Numbered from the stretch's first letter, positions 9,045 through 19,398 are shown. The stretch is 62,158 nucleotides of DNA from Candidatus Magasanikiibacteriota bacterium (GCA_035389585.1 DAOOSC010000002.1:1-62158), one strand, 5' to 3'. Translations and numbers: made by a program. Notes: generated from the letters alone by a model not told the origin.

Positions 9045-9695
9045 ATGGCAATTACCGCACAAGATGTGGCCAAACTCCGCGCCATGACCGGCGCTGGTAT
9101 GATGGACTGCAAAAACGCGCTAGATGAAGTCGGTGGCGACATGGAAAAAGCCGCCGATGCTTTGCGTAAAAAAGGCATTGCCAAAGCGGCCAAACGTGCC
9201 GAGAAAATTGCCGCCGAAGGGCTCGTCGCAAGCTATATTCATGCTGGTGGTAAAATCGGTGTACTTCTCGAAGTTAATTGTGAAACTGATTTCGTGGCTG
9301 GTACGGATGCATTCAGAAGTCTTGTGAATGATATTGGCATGCATATTGCCGCCATGAATCCGAAATATCTCGCGAAAGAAGAAGTGACGGCGGAGGATAT
9401 GGAGAAAGAAAAATCCGTTTATCGCGCTCAGCTCGAGGCAGAGGGCAAGCCAGCCAACATGATTGACAAAATTATTGAAGGTAAAATGTCGCGATATTAT
9501 TCAGAAGTATGTTTGCTCGAACAGCCGTTCATCAAAGACGAAGAAAAAACAATCTCCCAGTTAATCACCGAAAAAAGTGCGGAAACAGGGGAAAAAATGT
9601 CAGTTCGACGCTTTGTAAGATTTGAATTGGGTGAGGGCATGGCGAAGAAATCAAACGATTTCGCCGCCGAAGTTGAAGCTCAATTGTCTTGTTAA
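9045..9695 (+). CDS. tsf: translation elongation factor Ts (short form)
   Basis: UBA-like N-terminus VAKLRAMTGAGMMDCKNAL and LLEVNCETDFVA. 216 aa. Confidence 0.93.
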   Translation: MAITAQDVAKLRAMTGAGMMDCKNALDEVGGDMEKAADALRKKGIAKAAKRAEKIAAEGLVASYIHAGGKIGVLLEVNCETDFVAGTDAFRSLVNDIGMHIAAMNPKYLAKEEVTAEDMEKEKSVYRAQLEAEGKPANMIDKIIEGKMSRYYSEVCLLEQPFIKDEEKTISQLITEKSAETGEKMSVRRFVRFELGEGMAKKSNDFAAEVEAQLSC

Positions 9696-9710
9696 TTTGA
9701 TCAATTCGAA

Positions 9711-9740
9711 ACAGCCCTTTGACCGGGGCTGTTTTGTTTT
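9711..9740 (+). terminator. intrinsic terminator after tsf
   Basis: Hairpin cagccc..gggctg followed by ttttgtttt. Confidence 0.65.
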
Positions 9741-9755
9741 GTATAATGTGCGCAT

Positions 9756-10340
9756 ATGATAGCTTCAATCAAGGGAAAAATTATTGGCAAAAGCTTGTCT
9801 TCGACAATTATCGTGGAGACATCTGGTGGAGTAGGGTATGAGGTCTATGTGACGACGGGGATGATTGCGCGTGTGGCGGTCGGTGTTGAATTGACACTGT
9901 CAACTTTTCTCGCGGTGCGTGAGACTGCTTTTGAACTATATGGATTTGGATCGACCGATGAGAGAGAGTTGTTTTTGAAATTGGTCAGTGTGAGCGGTAT
10001 TGGGCCAAAAACAGCCATGCATATTTTGGAATTAGGCGAAGTCAGTGAAATTGCGGCGGCTATCGGACGGGGAGATGTGGCCTATTTGACACGAGTATCT
10101 GGGATTGGCAAAAAGACGGCAGAGCGTGCGGTCGTCGAATTGAAGTCGAAAATGGTAGCTTGGGGAAGTGCGGGTGGGGCCGTATTTGGCGCTGGGGCGC
10201 TCGGAGACGCGGCTGATGCACTCGAGTCGCTAGGATATAGCCAGGATGAGATTCGTGAAGCCCTACAAAATATTAAGGATAAAGAGGTGGATAGCGGTAG
10301 GATTGTGAAAGAGGCTTTGAAAATGTTGGGAAAGAAGTAA
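9756..10340 (+). CDS. ruvA: Holliday junction branch migration protein RuvA
   Basis: MIASIKGKI..VETSGGVGYEVYV OB-fold N-terminus. HhH motifs (SVSGIGPKTA, VSGIGKKTAER). 194 aa. Confidence 0.9.
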   Translation: MIASIKGKIIGKSLSSTIIVETSGGVGYEVYVTTGMIARVAVGVELTLSTFLAVRETAFELYGFGSTDERELFLKLVSVSGIGPKTAMHILELGEVSEIAAAIGRGDVAYLTRVSGIGKKTAERAVVELKSKMVAWGSAGGAVFGAGALGDAADALESLGYSQDEIREALQNIKDKEVDSGRIVKEALKMLGKK

Positions 10341-10356
10341 AATTATTTAATATATG

Positions 10357-10387
10357 AAAAACACCAACTTTTCAGCTGGTGTTTTTT
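10357..10387. terminator. bidirectional terminator between ruvA and gyrA
   Basis: A-run, hairpin acaccaac/gctggtgt (one mismatch), then T-run. Confidence 0.65.
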
Positions 10388-10402
10388 GTAAGTAAAATCG
10401 GT

Positions 10403-12886
10403 TTAGATAAGCGCCACACCTGCCACCGAATCGCCGTCTTCTTTGAATCTCATCACACGTACTCCCTGAGTAGATCGGCCGAGAGATGAGACTGTTTTGA
10501 GTGGAAGACGGATTACTTGGCCTTTTTTCGAGATGATCATGAGGTCTTGTTCTTCGGTATTGTTGATCACGCGCGCTTCCATGAGCGGGCCGGTCTTCTC
10601 GGTGATCGACATGGTGCGGATACCAGAGCCGCCGCGTCCTTGTACCTTGTATTCATTAATTAGAGTCTTCTTGCCCAAGCCATTTTCAGAGATCACGAGT
10701 AGTTCGAGCAGGTCTTTCTTTACCAATTCCGGATCTACGATTTCCATTCCGACTACTCGATCATTAGATTTGAGACGCATGCCACGCACACCAGCGGCGG
10801 TACGGCCCATTGGACGAACATTTGCTTCTTTGAAACGAATCGCCTGACCATCACGAGTCGTGATCATGATATCATCTTTGCCGGTCGATGGGCGAACCCA
10901 TTCGAGCATGTCATCCGGTTTTAATTTTAACGCAATTAGACCGGAGCGGCGAACATTTTCGAAGTCCTTTATTGCGGTCTTTTTGATAGTACCACCGCTT
11001 GTCACCATGACGAGGAATTTGTACATGTTGACATCTTCGACCGAGAGAATGGCTGACATTTTTTCATTCGGTGCGAGTTGGAGGAAGTTCACGATTGCCT
11101 GTCCTTTCGAAGTGCGCGTCGCCGCTGGTACTTCATAGGCTCGTAGTTGGAACACTCGTCCTCGGTTGGTGAAGAATAGTAAATTGTCGTGGGTATTCGT
11201 AGAGATGAGCTGATCCACGGCATCTTCTTCTTTGGTCGCGAGACCGATGACACCTTTACCGCCGCGACTCTGGGTGCGGAAAGTGTCTGGTGGTAATCGT
11301 TTGATATAGCCATCCTTCGATGTCACGATTATGGTAGCTTCGTTCGGGATGAGATCTTCGATATTGAAATCTTTGATACCGGTCGCGATCACTTTGGTGC
11401 GACGTTCATCGCCATATTTTTCTACAACTTCTTGAATTTCCTTTTTGATGATAGCGAGAATTTTTTTCGGATTAGCGAGGATTGATTCGAATTCTTCGAT
11501 CATTCTTTTTTTCTCTTTCAATTCGTCTTCGACTTTTTGTCTTTCCAAATTGGCGAGCTGTTGCAAACGCATTTCGAGAATAGCAACAGTTTGTTTTTCG
11601 GAAAAGCCAAATTTCTTCATCAAGTTTATTTTGGCCTCGTCTTTGTCTTTGGATTTGCGGATTGTCTCGATGACGGCGTCAATCTTGTCTAGAGCCTTCT
11701 TCAAACCTTCGAGGATATGAGCGCGATCTTTGGCTTTTTCGAGTTCGAATTCGGTGCGACGGCGGATAATTTCTTGACGATGTTTGATATGCTCTTCGAG
11801 GATACCTTTCAAATTCAAAACGCGTGGTTGGATGCCATCCACGAGGGCGAGCATGTTCACGTGGAATGTGGTCTGGAGGTCGGTCATCTGGAACAGATTG
11901 TTCAGAACTTTTTTCGGATAAGCGTCTTTTTTGAGTTCAATCACGATGCGCACGCCTTCTTTGTTTGATTCGTCGCGTAGATCTTTGATGCCTTCTAATT
12001 TTTTCTCTTGGACAAGTTCAGCAATCCTTTCGATCAAGACTGATTTATTTACTTGGTAGGGGACCTCTTCTACGAGGATGCGGAAAAGACCGTTTTTCAT
12101 CTCCTGAATATCTGTCTTCGCCCGAATGATGATGCCGCCTTTACCAGTCGCATAAGTCGCCGCGATGTCATTTTTGTTGTAAATAATACCACCGGTTGGG
12201 AAATCCGGACCTTTCACAATTTCGGCCAGTTCTTCGATGGTCACCTTCGGATTGTCGATGAGAGCGATTGTCGCATTGCAGACTTCACTCAAATTATGAG
12301 GTGGGATATTGGTCGCCATGCCGACAGCGATACCCATAGTGCCGTTCAGGAGCAGGTTCGGTAATTTCGAGGGGAGAATCTTCGGTTCGCGGTGCGAGCC
12401 ATCGTAGGTCGGAGCGAAATTCACGGTATCTTTGTCGATATCGTAGAGCATCTCTTCGGCGATTGCGGACAATTTCGCTTCGGTATAGCGCATAGCGGCG
12501 GCAGAATCTCCATCCATAGAGCCGAAGTTACCTTGGCCGGAAACAAGTGTTTTACGCATGGAGAAATCCTGTGCCATACGTACCATCGAATCATAAATGG
12601 CGGCGTCACCGTGTGGGTGGTATTTGGCCATCACTTCACCGACGACGTGGGCGGATTTGCGGAATTTACCACTGTGGCGCAAGCCGATATTCCACATCGC
12701 ATAGAGAATACGACGGTGGACAGGCTTCAGGCCATCACGGACATCAGGCAGGGCGCGCGAGACGATCACACTCATCGCATAATCCAAATATGAGGTGCGC
12801 ATTTCATCCACGAGTTGCACTGGTTCGATTTTTCCGACCGCATCGGTGGGTAGGGTTGATTGGACAGGCGGTTTTTCTTTGTTCAT
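10403..12886 (-). CDS. gyrA: DNA gyrase subunit A
   Basis: 827 aa. [10 protein letters not shown] active-site Tyr motif. C-terminal beta-pinwheel repeats (QGRGGSG.., SRGGKGV..). Confidence 0.96.
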   Translation of the reverse strand: MNKEKPPVQSTLPTDAVGKIEPVQLVDEMRTSYLDYAMSVIVSRALPDVRDGLKPVHRRILYAMWNIGLRHSGKFRKSAHVVGEVMAKYHPHGDAAIYDSMVRMAQDFSMRKTLVSGQGNFGSMDGDSAAAMRYTEAKLSAIAEEMLYDIDKDTVNFAPTYDGSHREPKILPSKLPNLLLNGTMGIAVGMATNIPPHNLSEVCNATIALIDNPKVTIEELAEIVKGPDFPTGGIIYNKNDIAATYATGKGGIIIRAKTDIQEMKNGLFRILVEEVPYQVNKSVLIERIAELVQEKKLEGIKDLRDESNKEGVRIVIELKKDAYPKKVLNNLFQMTDLQTTFHVNMLALVDGIQPRVLNLKGILEEHIKHRQEIIRRRTEFELEKAKDRAHILEGLKKALDKIDAVIETIRKSKDKDEAKINLMKKFGFSEKQTVAILEMRLQQLANLERQKVEDELKEKKRMIEEFESILANPKKILAIIKKEIQEVVEKYGDERRTKVIATGIKDFNIEDLIPNEATIIVTSKDGYIKRLPPDTFRTQSRGGKGVIGLATKEEDAVDQLISTNTHDNLLFFTNRGRVFQLRAYEVPAATRTSKGQAIVNFLQLAPNEKMSAILSVEDVNMYKFLVMVTSGGTIKKTAIKDFENVRRSGLIALKLKPDDMLEWVRPSTGKDDIMITTRDGQAIRFKEANVRPMGRTAAGVRGMRLKSNDRVVGMEIVDPELVKKDLLELLVISENGLGKKTLINEYKVQGRGGSGIRTMSITEKTGPLMEARVINNTEEQDLMIISKKGQVIRLPLKTVSSLGRSTQGVRVMRFKEDGDSVAGVALI

Positions 12887-12903
12887 AAATATTTATTTTG
12901 ATT

Positions 12904-13548
12904 TTATAGTGAAGGTGTGGTCGATGACGTATCAGCCGAAATAGGGAAGTTTGTTGTTTTGTCGATTTTTTCAGTCGAGCTGGAGGTGTTGGTCGTGGAG
13001 GTGGTCACGGTCAGTTCAGTTGTCGAGGAGGTGCTTGTGGCAATCGCGGAAATATGGGTACTCGACATGAAATTGGAGAGAATTTCAGGAATTTCTTTTT
13101 TCAAGGCTTCGGAGATTTCGAGATCAGCATTACTCACACGGACTTTTGATAGAGCATTTTGTAGATCGGATGATTTTAAGGTTTTTTTGATTAATTCGAT
13201 TTCAGTCTGTGAATTTGTGAGTGGGTTGAAGCTCGAACTGGTGTATTTTTTGATGGTCAGGCGGGTGTTCAGGAACCACATCACAGCGACGAGAATTGTG
13301 AACACGGAAACAGCTCCCCAGAGCCAGATCATTTTACCGTTGTGAATGTTCTCATCGTATTTCGGAATGCCAGCCGTCGGTTTGACAGACTCTTCGTATT
13401 TGACGATATCGTCGTCTTGCCGGGTATTTCCTCGTATTTCGGATTCAGCGGCGAGGAGGGCAGGGATTTGATCGACGGCGGCACGCATATCAGCGCGTAA
13501 TTTTCTTCCGCCTTTTGATTTTTTGTGAGCTTTCTTTTTGACAGGCAT
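12904..13548 (-). CDS. hypothetical single-pass membrane protein with a Ser/Thr-rich C-terminal tail
   Basis: 214-aa ORF. Basic N-terminus, one TM (IWLWGAVSVFTILVAVMWFL), tail TSTSSTTELTVTTSTTNTSSST. Confidence 0.6.
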   Translation of the reverse strand: MPVKKKAHKKSKGGRKLRADMRAAVDQIPALLAAESEIRGNTRQDDDIVKYEESVKPTAGIPKYDENIHNGKMIWLWGAVSVFTILVAVMWFLNTRLTIKKYTSSSFNPLTNSQTEIELIKKTLKSSDLQNALSKVRVSNADLEISEALKKEIPEILSNFMSSTHISAIATSTSSTTELTVTTSTTNTSSSTEKIDKTTNFPISADTSSTTPSL

Positions 13549-13553
13549 ATTTT

Positions 13554-14168
13554 CTATTCTTTGGCGAGCACGATTACTTTCGTATCTTCTTGTGGTAAGT
13601 CCTTTTTACGGATAATTGCTTTCTTTTCCGGTTCGGTATTGGCGGCACCCATTTCGCGTAGGAAATTGGTGACAGGTAGGGCTTTCGGCGCCACATCACT
13701 CTGGTAGGCCATCGGTATCACGATGCGTGGTTCGAGCTCGTTTATGGCTTTCACAGCCTCTTCGGGGTCATAGGTGTCTCCTCCGCCGACTGGTACGAAA
13801 AGCACATCAACACCAGAAAGGGCGGAAATTTGCATTTCGTTGAGGGGTTTTTTGATCATGCCGAGATGTCCGAGACTGAGTTGTTCACTGTCAATACGGA
13901 TAGCATATTTGCCGGGTTCGTCTCCCGCTACAGAATTGACCAGTATGTCCTTCACTTCCACCTCTCCAGCAGTTTCTAGTATGAAAGGGTCGCCGGAAAT
14001 AGTGATGGACTCCTCGGAACCTCGAGTGTATAGGGCAATATGGGCAGTGGCGCTACGGGCGAAGACACCGGTAGTCGTCTTGTATGGGTCTATTACCACG
14101 AACACGTCTTCAGCGAGCGGTTTGGCTTGTATTTTGATGCCGGTATTGCCCATCCAGGTGATATGCAT
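13554..14168 (-). CDS. MBL-fold (UPF0173/COG2220-like) protein lacking the HxHxDH motif
   Basis: MHITWMGNTGIKIQ..VVIDPY and ..VLFVPVGGGDTYDPEEAVKAINELEPRIVIPMAY resemble UPF0173 hydrolases. No HxHxDH metal site is visible. Confidence 0.6.
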   Translation of the reverse strand: MHITWMGNTGIKIQAKPLAEDVFVVIDPYKTTTGVFARSATAHIALYTRGSEESITISGDPFILETAGEVEVKDILVNSVAGDEPGKYAIRIDSEQLSLGHLGMIKKPLNEMQISALSGVDVLFVPVGGGDTYDPEEAVKAINELEPRIVIPMAYQSDVAPKALPVTNFLREMGAANTEPEKKAIIRKKDLPQEDTKVIVLAKE

Positions 14169-14386
14169 ATTTTTGTTTTTATGTCGGCCATATTATACAT
14201 TTTATCGTCTTTTTTGGCAAGGAAAAATCTCCACAGAGATGTGGGTATACGCTCTTGCCAAAACCTGAAAGGCGTGATATACTCATCGGCGTACCCTATT
14301 TAGGGTCATTTATATTATTTATCTCCGTAATTTAGCGGAGAACTTGCCGATTGACTACGTCATCGAGCGGGTTGAAATCATTTTTT

Positions 14387-15589
14387 ATGAAAGATGATAT
14401 CAAAAAGGACGACAAGCAGGCTTTTGCCGTACTTTTCAAAGATTTTGTCACCAAGATTCCGAAAGTCGGAGATTTGGTAAAAGGTAAAGTAATTTCATGC
14501 ACTAACGGTGAAGTTCGATTGGACATCAACGGTCTCACGACTGGTGTAGTGCGTGGCAAAGAAATGTTCGCTGAATCTCGCGAATTTGCTAATTTGAAAA
14601 TTGGCGACGAGGTAGAAGCGACAGTCATGGAACAAGAAAACGAAAATGGCGAAATGGAACTTTCATTCCGCGTGGCCGGTCACCAATTGGTTTGGGAGCG
14701 CGCTCGCACTTGGATGAAAGATGGAATCACGATTCCAGCCAAAATTATTGATGCCAACAAAGGTGGTCTCATGATGCAGGTGGACGCCCTCATGGGTTTC
14801 ATGCCCGTGTCACAGCTCTCACCAGAGCACTATCCTCGAGTCCCGGGCGGCGACAAAAATCGCATCTTGGAGCACCTGAAGGGTTTGGTTGGTAAAGAAT
14901 TACAAGTTAAATTGATTGATGTTGGTGAAAAAGATGACAAATTGATTGTTTCTGAGAAAGAAGTTTGGGAAGATGAGCAGAAAGCTGTCCTCGATTCATA
15001 CAAAGTCGGCGATACAGTAGAGGGTGAAGTCAGTGCACTCACATCGTTTGGTGCTTTCATCAAATTTGGTGAAGGTCTCGAAGGCCTCGTCCATATTTCT
15101 GAAATCGTCTGGCAGAGAATTGATCATCCGAAAGATGCTCTCAAAGTCGGTCAGAATGTGAAAGCCCAAATTATCGACCTCAATAAATCAAAAATTTATC
15201 TCTCCATCAAACGTCTCGTCGATGATCCATGGAAAAAGGTAAAAGACACCTACAAGATCGGTCAGATCGTCGAAGGCGAAGTGCACAAAGTCGAACCGTT
15301 TGGTCTCATGGTCAAATTGGACAACGATATTCATGGCCTCGCGCATGTCTCCGAATTATCTGATGAGCCGATCACTGATGTGAAGAAATTGGCAGAGAAA
15401 TTCACGATCGGACAAGCCTACAAGTTCGAAATTGTCTCAATCGAACCATCTGAACACCGTCTCGGTCTGAAACTCGAAGGCGTGAAAGGAAAGGCGAAAC
15501 GAAAAGAGAGTAAGAAAGATGAAACTTCTGAAGAAAAAACTGAAGAAGTCAAGGAAGAGAAAAAAGAAGAGGAAGTGAAAGCGGAATAA
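14387..15589 (+). CDS. rpsA: 30S ribosomal protein S1 (four S1 domains, Lys/Glu-rich tail)
   Basis: Repeated S1 motifs (VGDLVKGKV, GFMPVSQL, VGDTVEGEV..FGAFIKF, GLVHISE, GQIVEGEVHKVEPFGLMVKL, GLAHVSE). ATG at 14387 is preferred over the TTG at 14351. Confidence 0.88.
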   Translation: MKDDIKKDDKQAFAVLFKDFVTKIPKVGDLVKGKVISCTNGEVRLDINGLTTGVVRGKEMFAESREFANLKIGDEVEATVMEQENENGEMELSFRVAGHQLVWERARTWMKDGITIPAKIIDANKGGLMMQVDALMGFMPVSQLSPEHYPRVPGGDKNRILEHLKGLVGKELQVKLIDVGEKDDKLIVSEKEVWEDEQKAVLDSYKVGDTVEGEVSALTSFGAFIKFGEGLEGLVHISEIVWQRIDHPKDALKVGQNVKAQIIDLNKSKIYLSIKRLVDDPWKKVKDTYKIGQIVEGEVHKVEPFGLMVKLDNDIHGLAHVSELSDEPITDVKKLAEKFTIGQAYKFEIVSIEPSEHRLGLKLEGVKGKAKRKESKKDETSEEKTEEVKEEKKEEEVKAE

Positions 15590-15607
15590 TTCGAAATTAA
15601 ACAAGAA

Positions 15608-15636
15608 AGATCGTCTGAGAAGGCGGTCTTTTTTGT
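15608..15636 (+). terminator. intrinsic terminator after rpsA
   Basis: 8-bp hairpin agatcgtc/ggcggtct (with G-U pairs) followed by T6. Confidence 0.7.
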
Positions 15637-15725
15637 TGAGTATGGATCATTGACTTTTGTCTCGGGGTGAGGTATAAAATGGGGGTGTTCTTTGGGTCGA
15701 CTACTTATTATTGTGAGGTGGTTCC

Positions 15726-16133
15726 ATGTCAAGTTTTTTAATTCAGGGTTTCTTTTTTCAGTTTAGAATGGGGCTTGATGCTGAGCTTGACGAACACGGC
15801 GAAGCGGTGGCCGTTGTTCACAGTGGTCTGTGCCGTTTTATGTTTGCCGGCATTATTTTCCCGGATGAGGAGGGTTCGCTTGGTGGTATGGTCGGAGAGA
15901 TGAACGATGATTGGGGTTATTCTCTTCTCAGCGATGTGAGGATCTCATCCGATGTGGTGAGTTTCACTAAGCGCTATGAAGATCGCGACGATGTGATTCA
16001 CTACAAGTTTCGGCGTGAGGGATCTCTCTGGACTGGAGAATTTGAAGGATCATTCGTTGGCCGTGGAGGCGCCAAGTGTATGATCACAGAAGCCCCCGAA
16101 GGACTCTTCGTGCCTCACGGAGGGGCAGAGTAG
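15726..16133 (+). CDS. orphan hypothetical protein (cassette A)
   Basis: 135-aa ORF. SD gaggtgg lies 4-5 nt before the ATG. Own promoter ttgact-17-tataaa (15650-15678). Weak hairpin plus T-run at 16134-16167. No recognisable domain. Confidence 0.6.
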   Translation: MSSFLIQGFFFQFRMGLDAELDEHGEAVAVVHSGLCRFMFAGIIFPDEEGSLGGMVGEMNDDWGYSLLSDVRISSDVVSFTKRYEDRDDVIHYKFRREGSLWTGEFEGSFVGRGGAKCMITEAPEGLFVPHGGAE

Positions 16134-16213
16134 GTCGAATTTTGTGGGCGCTGTTCGACATTTTTTCTGGTTGTGTCATTCCACCAATATACTGAGAAGT
16201 TGAGGTGGTTTTT

Positions 16214-16927
16214 TTATTTACCCAAAAAAATCTTTTCAAGTAGGGCATTACTTATCTCATTTTTATAGACGTCAGAAATTATTCGACCTTTGTCGAGAAT
16301 GTAAATGCGATCGGTGATTGAGAGTGCTGATTTGAAATTGTGTTCGACGAGAATAATGGAAATATTTAATTTTGAATTGACCTCTTTAATTTTTTCAAAT
16401 ATTTCCTTCATTACTTTTGGAGCTAGACCGAGCGAGGGTTCGTCGAGCAGGAGTACTTTCGGGCGAGTAATTAGAGCTCGCGCCATGGCGACCATTTGTT
16501 GCTCGCCACCAGATAATCGTCCGGCAAGGGAGTGTTGTTTGTTTTGGAGCAATGGGAACATTTGATAAATCTCGAATAGTCTTTTTTGAATTTCCTTTTT
16601 AGAAGTATTGTGAAGTACGCTGATTTCGATATTTTCCTTCACGGTCAGACTATCGAATACTCGACGCCCTTGTGGTACATATACAATTCCGCGATTAGAC
16701 ATTTCGATTGGTGTTGGTGTCATTGGTTCGTCACACCAAATAATTTGACCACTGGCAATTTTCGTCAGACCAAAAAAAGCCTTCAAAATCGTAGATTTTC
16801 CCGCGCCGTTTGGACCGATCAGAGTAATAATTTCACCTTCGTACAAGTTCAGGGTGGCACGATCTAGCGCCTTTACTCCACCGTAGTTTACTGATACTTG
16901 ATCAATTTGTAGAATGTGATTTGTCAT
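16214..16927 (-). CDS. livF: branched-chain amino acid ABC transporter ATP-binding protein LivF
   Basis: Walker A GPNGAGKST, signature LSGGEQQM, Walker B LLLDEPS. Last gene in livKHMGF order. Confidence 0.88.
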   Translation of the reverse strand: MTNHILQIDQVSVNYGGVKALDRATLNLYEGEIITLIGPNGAGKSTILKAFFGLTKIASGQIIWCDEPMTPTPIEMSNRGIVYVPQGRRVFDSLTVKENIEISVLHNTSKKEIQKRLFEIYQMFPLLQNKQHSLAGRLSGGEQQMVAMARALITRPKVLLLDEPSLGLAPKVMKEIFEKIKEVNSKLNISIILVEHNFKSALSITDRIYILDKGRIISDVYKNEISNALLEKIFLGK

Positions 16928-16928
16928 A

Positions 16929-17654
16929 CTATTTCCCGAGATAGGCTCCTAATACTTCTGGTTGAGACAGTGTGGTAGTCGTCTCGCCACTGGCAAGCGA
17001 TTTCCCACAATTGAGTACTGTGACTCGGTCACATAGTTCTCTGATCAACTGGATATTGTGTTCTATTAGAATGACAGTTTTTCCGTGCAGTTTGAGTGTA
17101 TTAATATGCTTTTTTACTGTTTCAATCATTTGTGGAAATAGACCGGCGAACGGTTCGTCAAGTAGGATTAGTTGTGAATTGCTCGCCAAAACGCGTCCAA
17201 TTTCGAGAAGTTTCCGCTGTCCGTATGATAATTCACCCGCCAATTTGTGAGCGCTTTCACGGAGTCCAATTTTTTTGAGAATGTTTGTGGCTTTCTTTTC
17301 GAGTCGGTTATCATTTACAAATAAATTTGTAAAATTTTTGTCATTCAAAACGAGAATGATATTGTCGAGCACGGTCATTTGATCAAATAGTCGCACATTT
17401 TGGAAGGTGCGTGAAAATTTTGGTTGATTTGTCTGAGATAGGTCGGAATTTAGTTTGGCATCTTCATGAATTGTGTATTCTCCAGAATCGGCCTGTAAAA
17501 AGTTTGAAATAATATTGATTAATGTTGTTTTCCCTGAACCGTTTGGACCAATTAGCCCGGTAATTTTCCTATGTTCAAATTCCAAACACAATTCGTCCAA
17601 GGCTTTTGTCCCGGCGAAATGTTTTGTCAGTTTTGTGGTAGTCAATGCGTTCAT
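16929..17654 (-). CDS. livG: branched-chain amino acid ABC transporter ATP-binding protein LivG
   Basis: Walker A GPNGSGKTT, signature LSYGQRKL, Walker B ILLDEPF. Confidence 0.88.
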   Translation of the reverse strand: MNALTTTKLTKHFAGTKALDELCLEFEHRKITGLIGPNGSGKTTLINIISNFLQADSGEYTIHEDAKLNSDLSQTNQPKFSRTFQNVRLFDQMTVLDNIILVLNDKNFTNLFVNDNRLEKKATNILKKIGLRESAHKLAGELSYGQRKLLEIGRVLASNSQLILLDEPFAGLFPQMIETVKKHINTLKLHGKTVILIEHNIQLIRELCDRVTVLNCGKSLASGETTTTLSQPEVLGAYLGK

Positions 17655-17661
17655 AAAAAGA

Positions 17662-18528
17662 TTACATCTTGTATTTTCCGAGAAAACCTTGGGGGCGGAA
17701 TAGTATCATCATAATCAGTGCGAGTCCATATAATATTTGCCGTAAATTCGCCGCGAGATCGCTCGGAAGACCGAGAAATCGTAATGCTTCAGGCAGGATG
17801 ACCAAAATTATTGTGCCGAGAATTGAGCCTCGTAAATCCGCGAGCCCGCCAATAATTACCACGGAAAGAAAGTATATGGATTCATTGAAATCGAATGTCG
17901 ATGGGTCGATAAATGTAATGTATGAAGCGAGTAACCTACCAGCTATCGCCGTGAAGATCGCACTGATGACGAAGGCGGTTGTTTTGATTGTTTTCACTTT
18001 GTACCCGAAAGAGGATAGAACATCTTCGTCTTCACGAATGGCTTTCAGGGTGAGTCCGAAAGGTGTTTTCAGGAGCCGGTGAAGAATTGTATATGTCAGG
18101 TATGAGAAAAATGCACAGAGCAAGAGGAAAGAAAAATTTGATTGAAAAATGAAACCAAATATTTCCGGTCGACGGATTCCGGGAATTCCGAGTGGACCTC
18201 TCGTCAGATTCGTCCAATTCAAAAATATACTAAATAGGATGACGTTTGTACCGAGAGACGCGAGTGCATAAATATCGCGTCGAAACCGTCCCAAAAATAT
18301 ACCGATTATGATGGCCAGCAGACCAGCGACTACAATTCCAATTAGTAAAGCAAGGAAAAAATTCAGGTGAAATTTCGTCTCGCCGATGGCGATGGCATAG
18401 GCCCCAATACCAAAAAATGCCGCGTGTGTGAGCGAGAGTTGGCCAGTGTATCCGAGTATCAAATTCAGCCCGAGGCTCAGTATGGAATATATCGAAATAA
18501 TAATGGCAATGTGAATGAGATATTCCAT
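17662..18528 (-). CDS. livM: branched-chain amino acid ABC transporter permease LivM
   Basis: 288-aa polytopic protein with GQLSLTHAAFFGIGAY, typical of LivM. Position in the operon fits. Confidence 0.85.
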   Translation of the reverse strand: MEYLIHIAIIISIYSILSLGLNLILGYTGQLSLTHAAFFGIGAYAIAIGETKFHLNFFLALLIGIVVAGLLAIIIGIFLGRFRRDIYALASLGTNVILFSIFLNWTNLTRGPLGIPGIRRPEIFGFIFQSNFSFLLLCAFFSYLTYTILHRLLKTPFGLTLKAIREDEDVLSSFGYKVKTIKTTAFVISAIFTAIAGRLLASYITFIDPSTFDFNESIYFLSVVIIGGLADLRGSILGTIILVILPEALRFLGLPSDLAANLRQILYGLALIMMILFRPQGFLGKYKM

Positions 18529-18529
18529 A

Positions 18530-19390
18530 CTATTTTCTAATTATTCCCCGTGGTCGGAATACCAAAAATATGATGAGTAGGCCGAGGGCGATTGCATCTT
18601 TCCATTCTCCGCTCAATTTCCAAATTCCAAAATTTTCCACCGATGCCAAAAAATATGCCCCGATCAGCGCACCGCCGAGACTGTTTGTTCCTCCAATAAT
18701 TGTCGCGACAATTCCTTTCAGAAGGAGGCGCATCCCCATTGTCGGTTCGAGACCGGTGTCGTATCCGGTCAAAATACCTGCGACACCAGCAATTGCTGAA
18801 CCAATGAATATCAAATATCGAATTGTTTTCTTTGTGTCGATCCCAACGATTGTGGCGACTTCTTCGCTGTCATTCAGAGCGCGCACAATTTTTCCGAAAC
18901 GGGTGTATTTGAAAATGATAATCAAAAAAGCGAAAATGCTTAATGCGGAAATAATTGTCACGAGGTTGATTTCAGTAAAAGTCGCGCTGGCAATTGTATA
19001 GATATTGCCGAGATTGTAATTTGCTCCCAGTGTTTTGAATTGACTGGTGAACAGAATCGAAATAATCGCTTGAATAATTATCATGACACCGAGCGAGGCG
19101 ACGAGGAGCGTCGTGCTCGAAGACTGTCTTTTTTTGAGAGGCTCAAAAACAATGAAATGAATTATGACGCCACACAAACCAGTGCTAATAATACCGAGTA
19201 TGATACTTGGTATCGCACCTAGACCGAGAAGTTTGGTCAGAGTCAACACCAAATACCCACCAACTACTGCGATCATGCCATGGGCCATGTTGAAAAATTT
19301 TGTACTGGAATATACCAGTGAAAAACTTATCGCCATGATGGCATACACTGATCCAGCTATGAGACTGTTGGTGAGTATTTGGGCAAACAT
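18530..19390 (-). CDS. livH: branched-chain amino acid ABC transporter permease LivH
   Basis: 286-aa polytopic protein, LivH-like (FNMAHGMIAVVGGY). Position in the operon fits. Confidence 0.85.
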   Translation of the reverse strand: MFAQILTNSLIAGSVYAIMAISFSLVYSSTKFFNMAHGMIAVVGGYLVLTLTKLLGLGAIPSIILGIISTGLCGVIIHFIVFEPLKKRQSSSTTLLVASLGVMIIIQAIISILFTSQFKTLGANYNLGNIYTIASATFTEINLVTIISALSIFAFLIIIFKYTRFGKIVRALNDSEEVATIVGIDTKKTIRYLIFIGSAIAGVAGILTGYDTGLEPTMGMRLLLKGIVATIIGGTNSLGGALIGAYFLASVENFGIWKLSGEWKDAIALGLLIIFLVFRPRGIIRK

Positions 19391-19398
19391 AATTACTG

